A DNA stretch of 64,000 nucleotides, from assembly GCA_044356455.1 (NCBI GenBank), contig JBIKWF010000005.1, forward strand, positions 21,565 through 85,564, in the 5' to 3' direction. Of this stretch, positions 19,156 through 27,686 are shown piece after piece. Under the pieces are notes generated by a model. That model saw only the letters and a list, made by a program, of their open reading frames with translations. It was not told where the DNA came from and ran no database searches. The stretch comes from Bdellovibrionota bacterium (GTDB taxonomy: Bacteria; Bdellovibrionota_C; UBA2361; JBGSMV01). Each line of letters begins with the position of its first letter. Position 1 is the stretch's first letter. Made by a program: the position numbers and the translations under genes.

Positions 19156-20970
19156 GTGACAGGCAGTAACCCCTCTTCGAGCGATCCGCGCCATTCTAAG
19201 AACCCTTCTGCACAAGAAGCGCGACCTGATACTACTCCCGCAGAACCTCGCCCTCTGCCAGCTCAGGTCTCTAAAGATGAGCAGCTCGCGGTTCCCGAGC
19301 AGGAACCCTTTTTGCAGTTTAAAAAAGTAAAATCTCCTCAGGGGTTTGTGTGTTCGAATCCCACGTTGGAGGAGATGGCTTCGCTAGTTGAAGTGACACT
19401 CTTTCAGAATCAGGAAAGCCCCTTTAGCGTTGAGCGCCTCGAGCGCTGCTGTGATTTCCTCAATCGAGGTGGGGAGTTCCCAGAGGATCTGATTGATGAG
19501 CTTACGCCTGAAGAGGGAACGTTAGTTCTCGACCGAGTTCAGGTGATGCGTGTCGGAGCGAGCGGAATTTCCGCTCATCACGAACTTAGAATTTCGCTAA
19601 GTGAGGAAGGGGTATGTCTTCCGATGGTGGTCATCGGGTCTCACGGTGAAGAGCCTTGGATTGCGGTCTCCTGGCGAAATCAACTTGCCAATCTTTCTTC
19701 GCACATGAGCAAGGCGCGCTGGGAGACGGCTGTTCTCGCGGCAGATATGTTTCACTCGTCGGGTGATAGCGTTTCTCCGCCAATGGAAGTCACCGTTGCG
19801 AGAGATACCGTTGCCTTAGGCGAAAGAGTTCGCGTGGCTGCGGTGCCTCGGCCGCTACTCACCGAAGAGGTACTAGAGGATCCCAGGCCCTCGCTAAGGC
19901 CTGAGTTTATAGATCTCTGCGCTTCTGATGGTTGGTGTGATGAAGAGGGCGAGCCAGTAAATATGCTCGACCGAGCTCTCGAGCTGCATAAAAAGCTTTG
20001 TCAGGTGCTTCAGCTTGACCTTGCTCCTCCCTCGTACGAATCCCTTGCTCTCACGCTCGAGGAGCTTGAGGCAGCAGGTGATAGTCCCTTGAGCGGCTTG
20101 GTGCCATCCCAAATCCATATAAAGAATTGCAATGGGCTATTACTTTTGGTGGGGCCCGCTTCAACGGGCAGGACACTTCTCGACGACCTTCAGTCTCTTC
20201 AGCACCATTCACTTAGCCTTGATACCCTTGAGCTGCCGCTTAGCGAACTGAAAGCCTATGGCATCGAAGTGTTTTCTCCCAGTGTTCAGGAGTTTGCCGC
20301 TCTCGGTAGTCGAGTCGGAATAGAAGGTCTTGGCTCGGTCTTTGAGCCGCTTTCTCAGTTTTGCCTTAGCTCAGAAGACCCCGATCTCTCCGATTTACAA
20401 GATTTGCTCATTGAGGTTGGCAGAAAAGGCAACTCCTGCACGATTGAACTCGTTCGCGAATATCGCTTTTGGCACGATTCGCGAGAGGAAGGGGAATCAG
20501 ACGCGGAAGAAGGAGGTGGCGAAGAAGAGGAGGATCTTCTTGATATTGAATTCGAAGAATCCTCAGATGACTCAGAGAGTGAAGCAGTGGTGTGCGAAGG
20601 TACAAGAGTAAGAATATCCAATGATGCGGGATTGTTCCCCGGGTCAGGGCCGCTTCTTGAATTGTATTCAATAACCCCCGAAGTGGTTGACGATGAAGAA
20701 TCCTCCTTAGAGGATGAGAGCAGTGCCGCGGAAATACTTCCTGAAGAGGACGAAGTTGCTGAAGGCGAGTACCTCGCTTGTGGACTTGTCCACCGGGGCG
20801 AAGCTGCTTCAGGTTTTACCGAGGAGCCCCTTAGCCTTTCACGGCTGAAGGAGTATCTTGCAGAGCTAGGGGTGAAGGAGCTTCCTGAGCTTGTAACCAA
20901 TATCGATTTTGAAGATAGGGGCGGAGGACGCTTTGTGATGATTGCTCCGCGAGTTAAACTACAGATCTGA
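19156..20970 (+). CDS. Orphan highly acidic hypothetical protein
   Basis: 604 aa ORF; S/P-rich N-terminus and E/D-rich tracts. Confidence 0.7.
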   Translation: MTGSNPSSSDPRHSKNPSAQEARPDTTPAEPRPLPAQVSKDEQLAVPEQEPFLQFKKVKSPQGFVCSNPTLEEMASLVEVTLFQNQESPFSVERLERCCDFLNRGGEFPEDLIDELTPEEGTLVLDRVQVMRVGASGISAHHELRISLSEEGVCLPMVVIGSHGEEPWIAVSWRNQLANLSSHMSKARWETAVLAADMFHSSGDSVSPPMEVTVARDTVALGERVRVAAVPRPLLTEEVLEDPRPSLRPEFIDLCASDGWCDEEGEPVNMLDRALELHKKLCQVLQLDLAPPSYESLALTLEELEAAGDSPLSGLVPSQIHIKNCNGLLLLVGPASTGRTLLDDLQSLQHHSLSLDTLELPLSELKAYGIEVFSPSVQEFAALGSRVGIEGLGSVFEPLSQFCLSSEDPDLSDLQDLLIEVGRKGNSCTIELVREYRFWHDSREEGESDAEEGGGEEEEDLLDIEFEESSDDSESEAVVCEGTRVRISNDAGLFPGSGPLLELYSITPEVVDDEESSLEDESSAAEILPEEDEVAEGEYLACGLVHRGEAASGFTEEPLSLSRLKEYLAELGVKELPELVTNIDFEDRGGGRFVMIAPRVKLQI

Positions 20971-21240
20971 GCCCCTTTTTGTGCGCGAGTAGCGCCCTCT
21001 TTGGGGACGTTCGCGCAGTACTTTTGCAGAATCCGAAGATTTCCTACCTCTTCCACGGCGCGCCAGCGCTCATAAGCGCCTGATGCTTTACGCGAATCTC
21101 CCTGCTAGAGCGCTGACGCATTGTTTTCCTCTCCCTTTATATATCGCCCCAGTTCCGCTCAGCTCCTCCTAATATGCCGATCTTACTAGAGTAGGAGTGG
21201 AGTAAGGATTGCTCTGCTTGAGTCTGAGAAGGAACTTGAC

Positions 21241-23112
21241 GTGTCAGTTTCGCTGCTGAGGAACATACTTTCTGCAAAAGCGCAGTCCGGCCTGAGCCAG
21301 GCTACGGATGCGCTTACTCGCAGCCTCGAGCGCCTGTCGTCTGGGTCCCGAATTAACCGCGCCTCTGATGATAGTGCTGGACAGTCTGTGGTCTCCGGGC
21401 TTACCCGTGACGCGCGAGTATATGGGCGCGCAATCCTAAATTTAAACGATGGCGTGAGTGCGCTTAGCATTGCAGATGCAAGCTTGGGGCAACTCTCGGA
21501 TGTGACGACGCGGCTTAAGGAGCTTGCCACGCAGTCAGCAAATGGGAGCTTGAGCCGCACGCAGCGCAACTCTCTTGACGCTGAAGCCGATAAACTCGTT
21601 GAGGAATTTAATCGCTTGGTCGCAACCACGCAGTTTAACAGCGTTGGTTTGCTTGATGGAACGACGCAAAACATGCGTCTTCAGGGCGGGTACGGAGCAA
21701 ACGGCGGTATTTCTTTTGGCCTTGTTGATAAACTTTCGAGAACCTCAGCGTCCGGAAGTTTCCGCTCGGGGGTTACGCACACTTCCTCAAGCGGCGCGCA
21801 GAGTGACGCGGTGTATGCGGACTTTGACGGAGATGGTGTTCCTGATCGAGTAAGCGTGGGCGTAGGCGGCGGCCCTTCGGGGATGTGGTTTTTTAAAGGA
21901 AATGGGGACGGAACTTTCGGTGCGGGGACACAGAACAGTATTGGCGTTCAATTCTCTTCTGTGGCGTCTGGAGATTTTGATGGGGACGGAGATCTTGATC
22001 TCATCGCGAGTGGCACCAGTTCGATGCACCTCTATATCAACGGTGGTTCTGGGACATTTTCGGGAACCTCCTTCCCAGGCATCGTCAGCACCAATGCCCT
22101 CTCCGTGGGAGATTTCAATGGAGATGGGAGAGCTGACGTTGCGGTCCTGCGCTCCGCGTCCGCAGGGATTAATATCTACCAAGGAACGGCAGGAGGGGGA
22201 CTCTCACTTTCGCAAAATATAGCAGGTAACTATACCGCATCAAAGGCAATCGACATAGATGGCGATGGTGATAGCGATCTCGTTACGGTCGATTCTACCG
22301 GGAATGTGCGCTCAGCGCTTAACAATGGGGCGGGCACACTTGCACTAGGGAGCATCCTCTTTTCTGTCGGTTCCTCTGGTTCGGATATCGACATTTCGGA
22401 TGTTACTGATGACGGTGTGCTCGATATCATAGTCACGGAGGGGTTTGAGCGAAGTTTGTATGCCGGAGATGGAGCTCAGGGCTATACGAGTCGAGGATCA
22501 CTTTCTTCGAGCCTCTCCTTTTATTCGGATACGCAGCTGGTGGATTTTAATGGTGACGGAAATCTTGATATTCTCTCTCAAAACGACTTTGGTGCGAGTC
22601 TTTCGATTCAGTTCGGTGATGGATATGGAAACTTTGGCTCGGAAATTCTGGTGGAGACTAGTTCGTCGAACACGGAGGTGCTCGATCTCAATGGAGACGG
22701 AATTCTTGATTTGGTTTCCATCGACTCCTCGGGAAATACGGTTAGTAATTTCGGCAATGCAACGAATACTGCCTCAATTGGTCAGCTTGACCTCAACACC
22801 GCCTCCGATGCTTTGGGCGCTCTTTCAACAATCGATGGAATTCTCAACCGCATCAATCAACAGAGAGGAGCCTTCGGTGCTCAGCAAAGCCGCGTGCAAA
22901 ATGCGCTGCAGGTTCTGCATGCCATGAGAGACAACGATTTTGCAGCCGCTGCTCGCATTTCGGATGTTGATGTGGCGATGGAAAGTGCGCAGCTGGCGAA
23001 GAGCCAAATACTTCAGCAGGTCAGCAGCGCAATTCTTGCGCAAGCGAACCAGGCTCCTGCCTTGGCGCTTACTCTGCTCTCCGGTACGGCGGCAAGTTCG
23101 GGCCGCAGGTAA
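21241..23112 (+). CDS. Flagellin with a seven-repeat FG-GAP/VCBS insertion
   Basis: Flagellin N domain SLERLSSGSRINRASDDSAG...RLKELATQSANG...TQFN; C domain RGAFGAQQSRV...RISDVDVAMESAQLAKSQILQQ...LAQANQ; seven DxD/NGDGxxD-type motifs in between. Confidence 0.92.
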   Translation: MSVSLLRNILSAKAQSGLSQATDALTRSLERLSSGSRINRASDDSAGQSVVSGLTRDARVYGRAILNLNDGVSALSIADASLGQLSDVTTRLKELATQSANGSLSRTQRNSLDAEADKLVEEFNRLVATTQFNSVGLLDGTTQNMRLQGGYGANGGISFGLVDKLSRTSASGSFRSGVTHTSSSGAQSDAVYADFDGDGVPDRVSVGVGGGPSGMWFFKGNGDGTFGAGTQNSIGVQFSSVASGDFDGDGDLDLIASGTSSMHLYINGGSGTFSGTSFPGIVSTNALSVGDFNGDGRADVAVLRSASAGINIYQGTAGGGLSLSQNIAGNYTASKAIDIDGDGDSDLVTVDSTGNVRSALNNGAGTLALGSILFSVGSSGSDIDISDVTDDGVLDIIVTEGFERSLYAGDGAQGYTSRGSLSSSLSFYSDTQLVDFNGDGNLDILSQNDFGASLSIQFGDGYGNFGSEILVETSSSNTEVLDLNGDGILDLVSIDSSGNTVSNFGNATNTASIGQLDLNTASDALGALSTIDGILNRINQQRGAFGAQQSRVQNALQVLHAMRDNDFAAAARISDVDVAMESAQLAKSQILQQVSSAILAQANQAPALALTLLSGTAASSGRR

Positions 23113-23136
23113 AGCAATGAGGAATGTCGTGCAACC

Positions 23137-23934
23137 CTATTTGGTAACAACAATCTCACTGCCAACTCGGGGTTTCCCAAACGTATCCCAAGCCGAGCCT
23201 CCCCGTTGAAAGATCTCCCAATAGCGGCGCTCATGGCCACTGCTTCCTGGAGCAAAAGCAATGTCGCCTTCCTCCACATTAAAGCTTCCTGAAGCTACAT
23301 GCGCGGTGCGCTCAAAGCCATTCATCTTTAGGTGCACACGTTCTCCAGGCTTAAGAGAAGAGAGAAGTGCGTCGCCCTCTCGGTAGGTTGTCTTTAGATT
23401 TCCAAAAGAATCAACGTACCCGACGACTCCATACGGGGGCTCAGGGATAACTTCTGTGGCGACCAGCTTATTTTTCTTGAATGAGTAGTCCTTGTTCGCC
23501 ACTTGCCCCACCACTGGGGGGAAAATGTCGCGAGACCTAAATTGAGAGCCGCCTCTTTCGACTCCCACGGTCCAGAGCTCTTCAATTCCATCTCGCGCAA
23601 ACGAAAGCGAGAACCCACTATTGACGATGATTGCTTCTACGCCAGTCTTAAACCGGGCATAGAGCAGACCTTCCCCTTCATTGTGCTGACGAGCTTGGGC
23701 GCGGTCTTTGCGGGGCGCGCAGTTCACGTAAAGGTAGGTCTTGGGGGCCCGCAGAGACTCGTGCTGAAGGCCAAGCTGAGCTGTAACAAATCCGGTGGCA
23801 ATAGTATCGAAGCTCTTTACCGTTGTGTTGTGCCAGCGAAAGTCATCGGGCAGATGGCGTGCGAGGGCTGAAATCATCTCTGAGAATGCGAGATCTCCGG
23901 GGCCGTAGTCGGCGATGATGTGAAGTAATCTCAT
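23137..23934 (-). CDS. SAM-dependent chlorinase/fluorinase / SAM hydroxide adenosyltransferase (DUF62) family, divergent
   Basis: IIADYGPGD, FRSRDIFPP, YVDSFGNLKTT and GSSG motifs. Confidence 0.72.
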   Translation of the reverse strand: MRLLHIIADYGPGDLAFSEMISALARHLPDDFRWHNTTVKSFDTIATGFVTAQLGLQHESLRAPKTYLYVNCAPRKDRAQARQHNEGEGLLYARFKTGVEAIIVNSGFSLSFARDGIEELWTVGVERGGSQFRSRDIFPPVVGQVANKDYSFKKNKLVATEVIPEPPYGVVGYVDSFGNLKTTYREGDALLSSLKPGERVHLKMNGFERTAHVASGSFNVEEGDIAFAPGSSGHERRYWEIFQRGGSAWDTFGKPRVGSEIVVTK

Positions 23935-24000
23935 AATGAACTATCCCTTGTAAGAAGATGGAACTGAGAAGATCTCAATGAGAGCCGCTCATTGCGGCCT

Positions 24001-24045
24001 GCCGAAGGAATCACCGCCGAAGGAATCACCGCCGAAGGAATCACC
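24001..24045 (+). repeat. Tandem repeat (GCCGAAGGAATCACC) x3
   Basis: Read directly; abuts a partial MITE. Confidence 0.85.
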
Positions 24046-24154
24046 TCTGTGTACCTCCGTGTCCTCTGCGGTGAAATTTTCATGAAGAAATTGACCACAG
24101 AGGACACGGAGGTACACAGAGGTGTCTTAAGAATGAACGTTTTTCAGAGGTTCC
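24041..24154. mobile_element. Partial MITE-like element (right TIR and inner hairpin retained)
   Basis: CACCTCTGTGTACCTCCGTGTCCTCTG...CAGAGGACACGGAGGTACACAGAGGTG, ending TTTTCAGAGGTTCC. Confidence 0.7.
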
Positions 24155-24159
24155 TTCGT

Positions 24160-24687
24160 TTAGCCTTCAACTGCAGCGCTTACGCTCTTTAAGACTTCGC
24201 TATAGCTTGGCTCATCACTAATGCTGGGTACATATTCGACAAACGTAATAGTTCCTGATTTGTCGACCACGAAGACGGCGCGCCCAAGCAGAGCCCATTC
24301 TTTGATAAAGCAACCGAACGCCTGCCCAAAGGAATGATGCTTGTAATCGCTTCCGGTCTCTACGCGGGAAGTTCCCTCAGCGCCGCACCAGCGCTTCTGG
24401 GCAAAGGGCAAGTCTAGGCTCACGGTGAGGATGTGAACGTTGCTGCCGAGTTTCTCGGCCTCTTTGTTGAAGCGCTTCGTTTGGAGCGCGCACGTTGGGG
24501 TGTCGAGGCTTGGCACCACAGATATGACTAGCACCTTTCCTGCATATTTACTGCTTGAGAGGTCGCTCATATCCTGGGCGGTGAGAGTGAACGCTGGCAT
24601 TTTGCTGCCAACCTTTAGTCCCGCACCAATGAGCGTGAGTTTGTTGCCTTGGAAGGTTACCTTTGTGTTGTCGGAATTGGTTGTCAT
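24160..24687 (-). CDS. tpx: Thiol peroxidase
   Basis: VPSLDTPTC, SLDLPFAQKRWCG, RAVFVVD. Confidence 0.93.
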   Translation of the reverse strand: MTTNSDNTKVTFQGNKLTLIGAGLKVGSKMPAFTLTAQDMSDLSSSKYAGKVLVISVVPSLDTPTCALQTKRFNKEAEKLGSNVHILTVSLDLPFAQKRWCGAEGTSRVETGSDYKHHSFGQAFGCFIKEWALLGRAVFVVDKSGTITFVEYVPSISDEPSYSEVLKSVSAAVEG

Positions 24688-24729
24688 AATTTTCCCCTCG
24701 TCTGGATGTTAAATGATTTAAGAGGCCCC

Positions 24730-25110
24730 TTAGTTTTGTGTCGTCGTATGTTTCTCACAATCCAGTTGGTTCTGAACAAACACGAACTCTTCAACTGGCT
24801 TTCCGCCAATCAGGTGCTCCTGAAGAATGCGTTCAAGCACTTGCTCCGTGCATGAATGGTACCAGGTACCTTCCGGATATACGACGGCAATAGGGCCTTT
24901 CGAGCAAACTCTAAGACAATTCGCTTTAGTCCGAAATACTTTGGCCTCAATCCCCAATTCGACAATACGCCGCTTTAAATAGTCCCACGCCGCAATTCCA
25001 TCGTCTTTGGAGCAACACTTTGCATTACTCTGGTCTGCGCAGAGAAAAATGTGGCGTTCCAGCGTACGCAATGAAAGTTTGGCTATTTTTGGTTCAAGAT
25101 CCTGAGACAT
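24730..25110 (-). CDS. Thioredoxin-like (2Fe-2S) ferredoxin
   Basis: RHIFLC...KCC...[23 protein letters not shown]...QEHLIGG; ATG at 25110. Confidence 0.87.
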   Translation of the reverse strand: MSQDLEPKIAKLSLRTLERHIFLCADQSNAKCCSKDDGIAAWDYLKRRIVELGIEAKVFRTKANCLRVCSKGPIAVVYPEGTWYHSCTEQVLERILQEHLIGGKPVEEFVFVQNQLDCEKHTTTQN

Positions 25111-25114
25111 AGCG

Positions 25115-25240
25115 CTAGTCCTTAGGGTTATTTCGGGGGATAGCAGTACCATGAGGGTCAGCGTCAACTCCAACTTGTTGTGCAATTACTTGATGAAGTG
25201 AGGGGGAGAGGTAGTTTTCTATGTGGTCAGAAGGTTCGTG
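25115..25240 (-). pseudogene. Diverged duplicate of the last 41 codons plus stop of the troD-like gene (27687-27812)
   Basis: Manual alignment 108/126 nt with no indels; encodes [41 protein letters not shown] versus [41 protein letters not shown]. Confidence 0.88.
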
Positions 25241-25243
25241 CCT

Positions 25244-25350
25244 TGGGACACCCACTCATCTCCCTTTGCCCAACTCGGGCTGCCTCAGTGTGGCTAGTAA
25301 TTCCAATCTGTTAACCGCATAGGGACCCCAAAGAGATTTTCTTGCAGCTT
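25244..25350 (+). repeat. Degenerate, internally deleted copy of the TGGGACACCCA element at 26588
   Basis: Shares TGGGACACCCACTCAT...GCCCAACTCGGG...TAGTAATTC...CATAGGG...CCCAAAGAGATT with 26588-26720. Confidence 0.75.
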
Positions 25351-25524
25351 AAACGACTAGCCGCAGTTAATGACTAATTCAATAATCCTCTTAGATAGTT
25401 GGATTCATTTTTCTTAACACATGCCCCACTCAGGGCGCAGGTCACGATTGCTTGGATTGTTGATAGGAGAAAAACGTCGGTGACTCCCTTTGCTTAGCGA
25501 ACGCCGTGCTCATAAGCTTAGACG

Positions 25525-26529
25525 ATGCAGCACAATTCGCTCGGTGGTTCTAAGTCCCAAGGGCTAACGAGGGCTAACCCCGGATCCTTAGAGGCTCAGT
25601 TTGATGCGGCCTACGAATGGCCGATGGCACTTCGGGCGTTCTTCCGTGAAGCCTACCTCGATGCCGTGGTTCCTGATTTGGCGGCATGCATCGCCCATCG
25701 TCTTCAGCTTTCGAAGGGGCCTGAGATACGCATGCTGGTAATCGGTGGAGGTGATGGTCACTTTAGCAGGGAAGTGGCCCCGTCCCTGCGTAACCTCCTC
25801 GCCGCACGAATCCCGGCTGGACCGCCAGAGCTGAGAATCACCGAGAGTGACCGCTTTCGCCACTCACGGCAGCATGCGAATGCTTTTGCCTTTGCTGATA
25901 TCTGCACACTGGAGGAAGTATTCGCTCCCCATTCATTCGATTTCATCGTTGGCGAGACTTGTCTCCATCAGGTTGGCCCCCAGAATATGACGCGTGCACT
26001 CCAGTCGATGAAGACGGTTCTTCAGCCACCTGGCATGATTTGGCATGTCACCGATGCGATTCCCGATCCACGAGTGTATGCTCCAGCGGCTCTTGAACGA
26101 GCAGCTAAGAATGGGGTGTCCCAAGAGGGAGCCATACTACCCGCGGGGGATGTGCCGCGTTCGGCTCAGGCTATGGCGGTAGAAAGTGTGAGCGTGGCGG
26201 CGCGTGAAGGGTTATTTAACGCCTTGCGCGCTGGCAGCCGGAGCGCTGCCTTCAAGAATGTGGCCGTCTCAGAGATCCAAGGGTCTTTTTTTCTTGCAGA
26301 TGCTTTGAATCGTCCTTACCCAGAACCGGACTCCCCAGTGCTCAAGTATCGTTCAATCCTTTACCGCTTTGGTCAGTCCGCGGTCGAGCTCGACCCCATG
26401 GCTATTCCTGAAGGGTTTAGGAAGTTAACCTATATTGGGCGGCGTTTCTTGGCAGGCACTCATCCCGTATTCCCGATAGAGCACCGCATTCCAGAGTGGC
26501 GAGAGGCGTTCAGGAAGTTAAACGGCTAA
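25525..26529 (+). CDS. Putative class I SAM-dependent methyltransferase-like orphan
   Basis: MLVIGGGDGHFS (motif I), FDFIVGETCLHQV, LQPPGMIW. Confidence 0.6.
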   Translation: MQHNSLGGSKSQGLTRANPGSLEAQFDAAYEWPMALRAFFREAYLDAVVPDLAACIAHRLQLSKGPEIRMLVIGGGDGHFSREVAPSLRNLLAARIPAGPPELRITESDRFRHSRQHANAFAFADICTLEEVFAPHSFDFIVGETCLHQVGPQNMTRALQSMKTVLQPPGMIWHVTDAIPDPRVYAPAALERAAKNGVSQEGAILPAGDVPRSAQAMAVESVSVAAREGLFNALRAGSRSAAFKNVAVSEIQGSFFLADALNRPYPEPDSPVLKYRSILYRFGQSAVELDPMAIPEGFRKLTYIGRRFLAGTHPVFPIEHRIPEWREAFRKLNG

Positions 26530-26587
26530 GGACGGCCTTCCTCGGTTGAATGGCCTTCACCTCACTGGGGTGCTGAAGGAACCCCCC

Positions 26588-26711
26588 TGGGACACCCACT
26601 CATTGCCGTTGCCCAACTCGGGGTGCAGCAGGGTGATTAGTAATTCAATTCCGTTAGCGACATAGGGGGAACCTCAGGTCTCAAATTTGGATACGGAGAT
26701 TGGGTGTCCCA
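26588..26711. repeat. 124-bp element bounded by 11-bp inverted repeats
   Basis: TGGGACACCCA (26588) ... TGGGTGTCCCA (26701-26711). Confidence 0.7.
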
Positions 26712-26879
26712 AAGAGATTCTCTTTGATTGCATCTTCAAAAAAGGCGAACCCCTGCAAAAACAAAATTTCGCCCACCCAAATCATAGTGCCTATATTTAT
26801 GGCCAAATAGACAATGTGAGTAGCTATAAGTATCGGAGAGTTATCTCCACGATAGTTACACGTTCAGACGGATACTCTG

Positions 26880-27590
26880 CTAAACCTGCAATTGACAACC
26901 AACTGATTGGGAAAGCCTCTCTGCCTCCCTGGCCATTACCGCTTTATCCGAGTGATGTACGAGCAGTGATCGGGCTCCAGTCTTGAACACAATGATAAGC
27001 TCGTAGCATGCATAATCCACATCCTCGCCTCCATTAAGCAGCTTTTCGGCAATCTGCAGGCGGTCTATCTGGTCAAACGAGAAGGTGTGATAGGGCGAAC
27101 GGTACTTTTCGGGATGAGCTGGGATGGTAACCTCGCGGCGAAGAGAGTCGAATCGGCGGGTTCTGTTGGAGATGGCGGACTGCCGGTAGCCGATGGTGAA
27201 AAGTGCTACTCCTGCCGGCAACCCAAGAAGAGAAATAGGGTTGCGTGACAAAACAAACGCGAGTACCCCAGCCGCCCCCGCGACCGCTCCTAAGCCGGTA
27301 TAAATTCCTACAAACAAGAGAAATTTTCTATTCGGTCGAAGTTCAAGAATGCCCGGCGAGACTTCAACAAGCTCAAAGGGAACGAAATTTGGACCACTAT
27401 TCGGAAAGAGCGGCACCGGATGCGATGACTCGTCGAGTTCCGTCTCGCCTGTTAGTTTAGATTCACCCCTCGCATCGACCACGGTGGTGCTCCGAAATTC
27501 GGCCCGTATAGTGTCTTGAGTTTTCAGTCGAGCTAAGCTTAGTAGATTCAGAGTTTGCATCGCAAGTGCCCAGAGGCGGACCCATCCCAT
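26880..27590 (-). CDS. Hypothetical membrane protein (two TM helices plus PH-like tail)
   Basis: Two hydrophobic segments followed by FSFDQIDRLQI...YELIIVFK; start uncertain. Confidence 0.6.
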   Translation of the reverse strand: MGWVRLWALAMQTLNLLSLARLKTQDTIRAEFRSTTVVDARGESKLTGETELDESSHPVPLFPNSGPNFVPFELVEVSPGILELRPNRKFLLFVGIYTGLGAVAGAAGVLAFVLSRNPISLLGLPAGVALFTIGYRQSAISNRTRRFDSLRREVTIPAHPEKYRSPYHTFSFDQIDRLQIAEKLLNGGEDVDYACYELIIVFKTGARSLLVHHSDKAVMAREAERLSQSVGCQLQV

Positions 27591-27686
27591 CGACGCGCAG
27601 GTTGACCCATGTGTGATGAAATGATCACGGAATTGCTCATCACGAATGGGCGTACTTGCGCCTAGATAAGACCCTGAGACTTGGTC

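Noticed and set aside
20355..21056. Long antisense ORFs (e.g. 20355-21056, 52031-52768, 56063-56671)
   Set aside because: They are antisense shadows of better-supported genes.
21157..21183. Sigma-28 promoter for flagellin 1
   Set aside because: GCCGAT at 21176 fits a -10 element, but there is no convincing -35 at the expected spacing.
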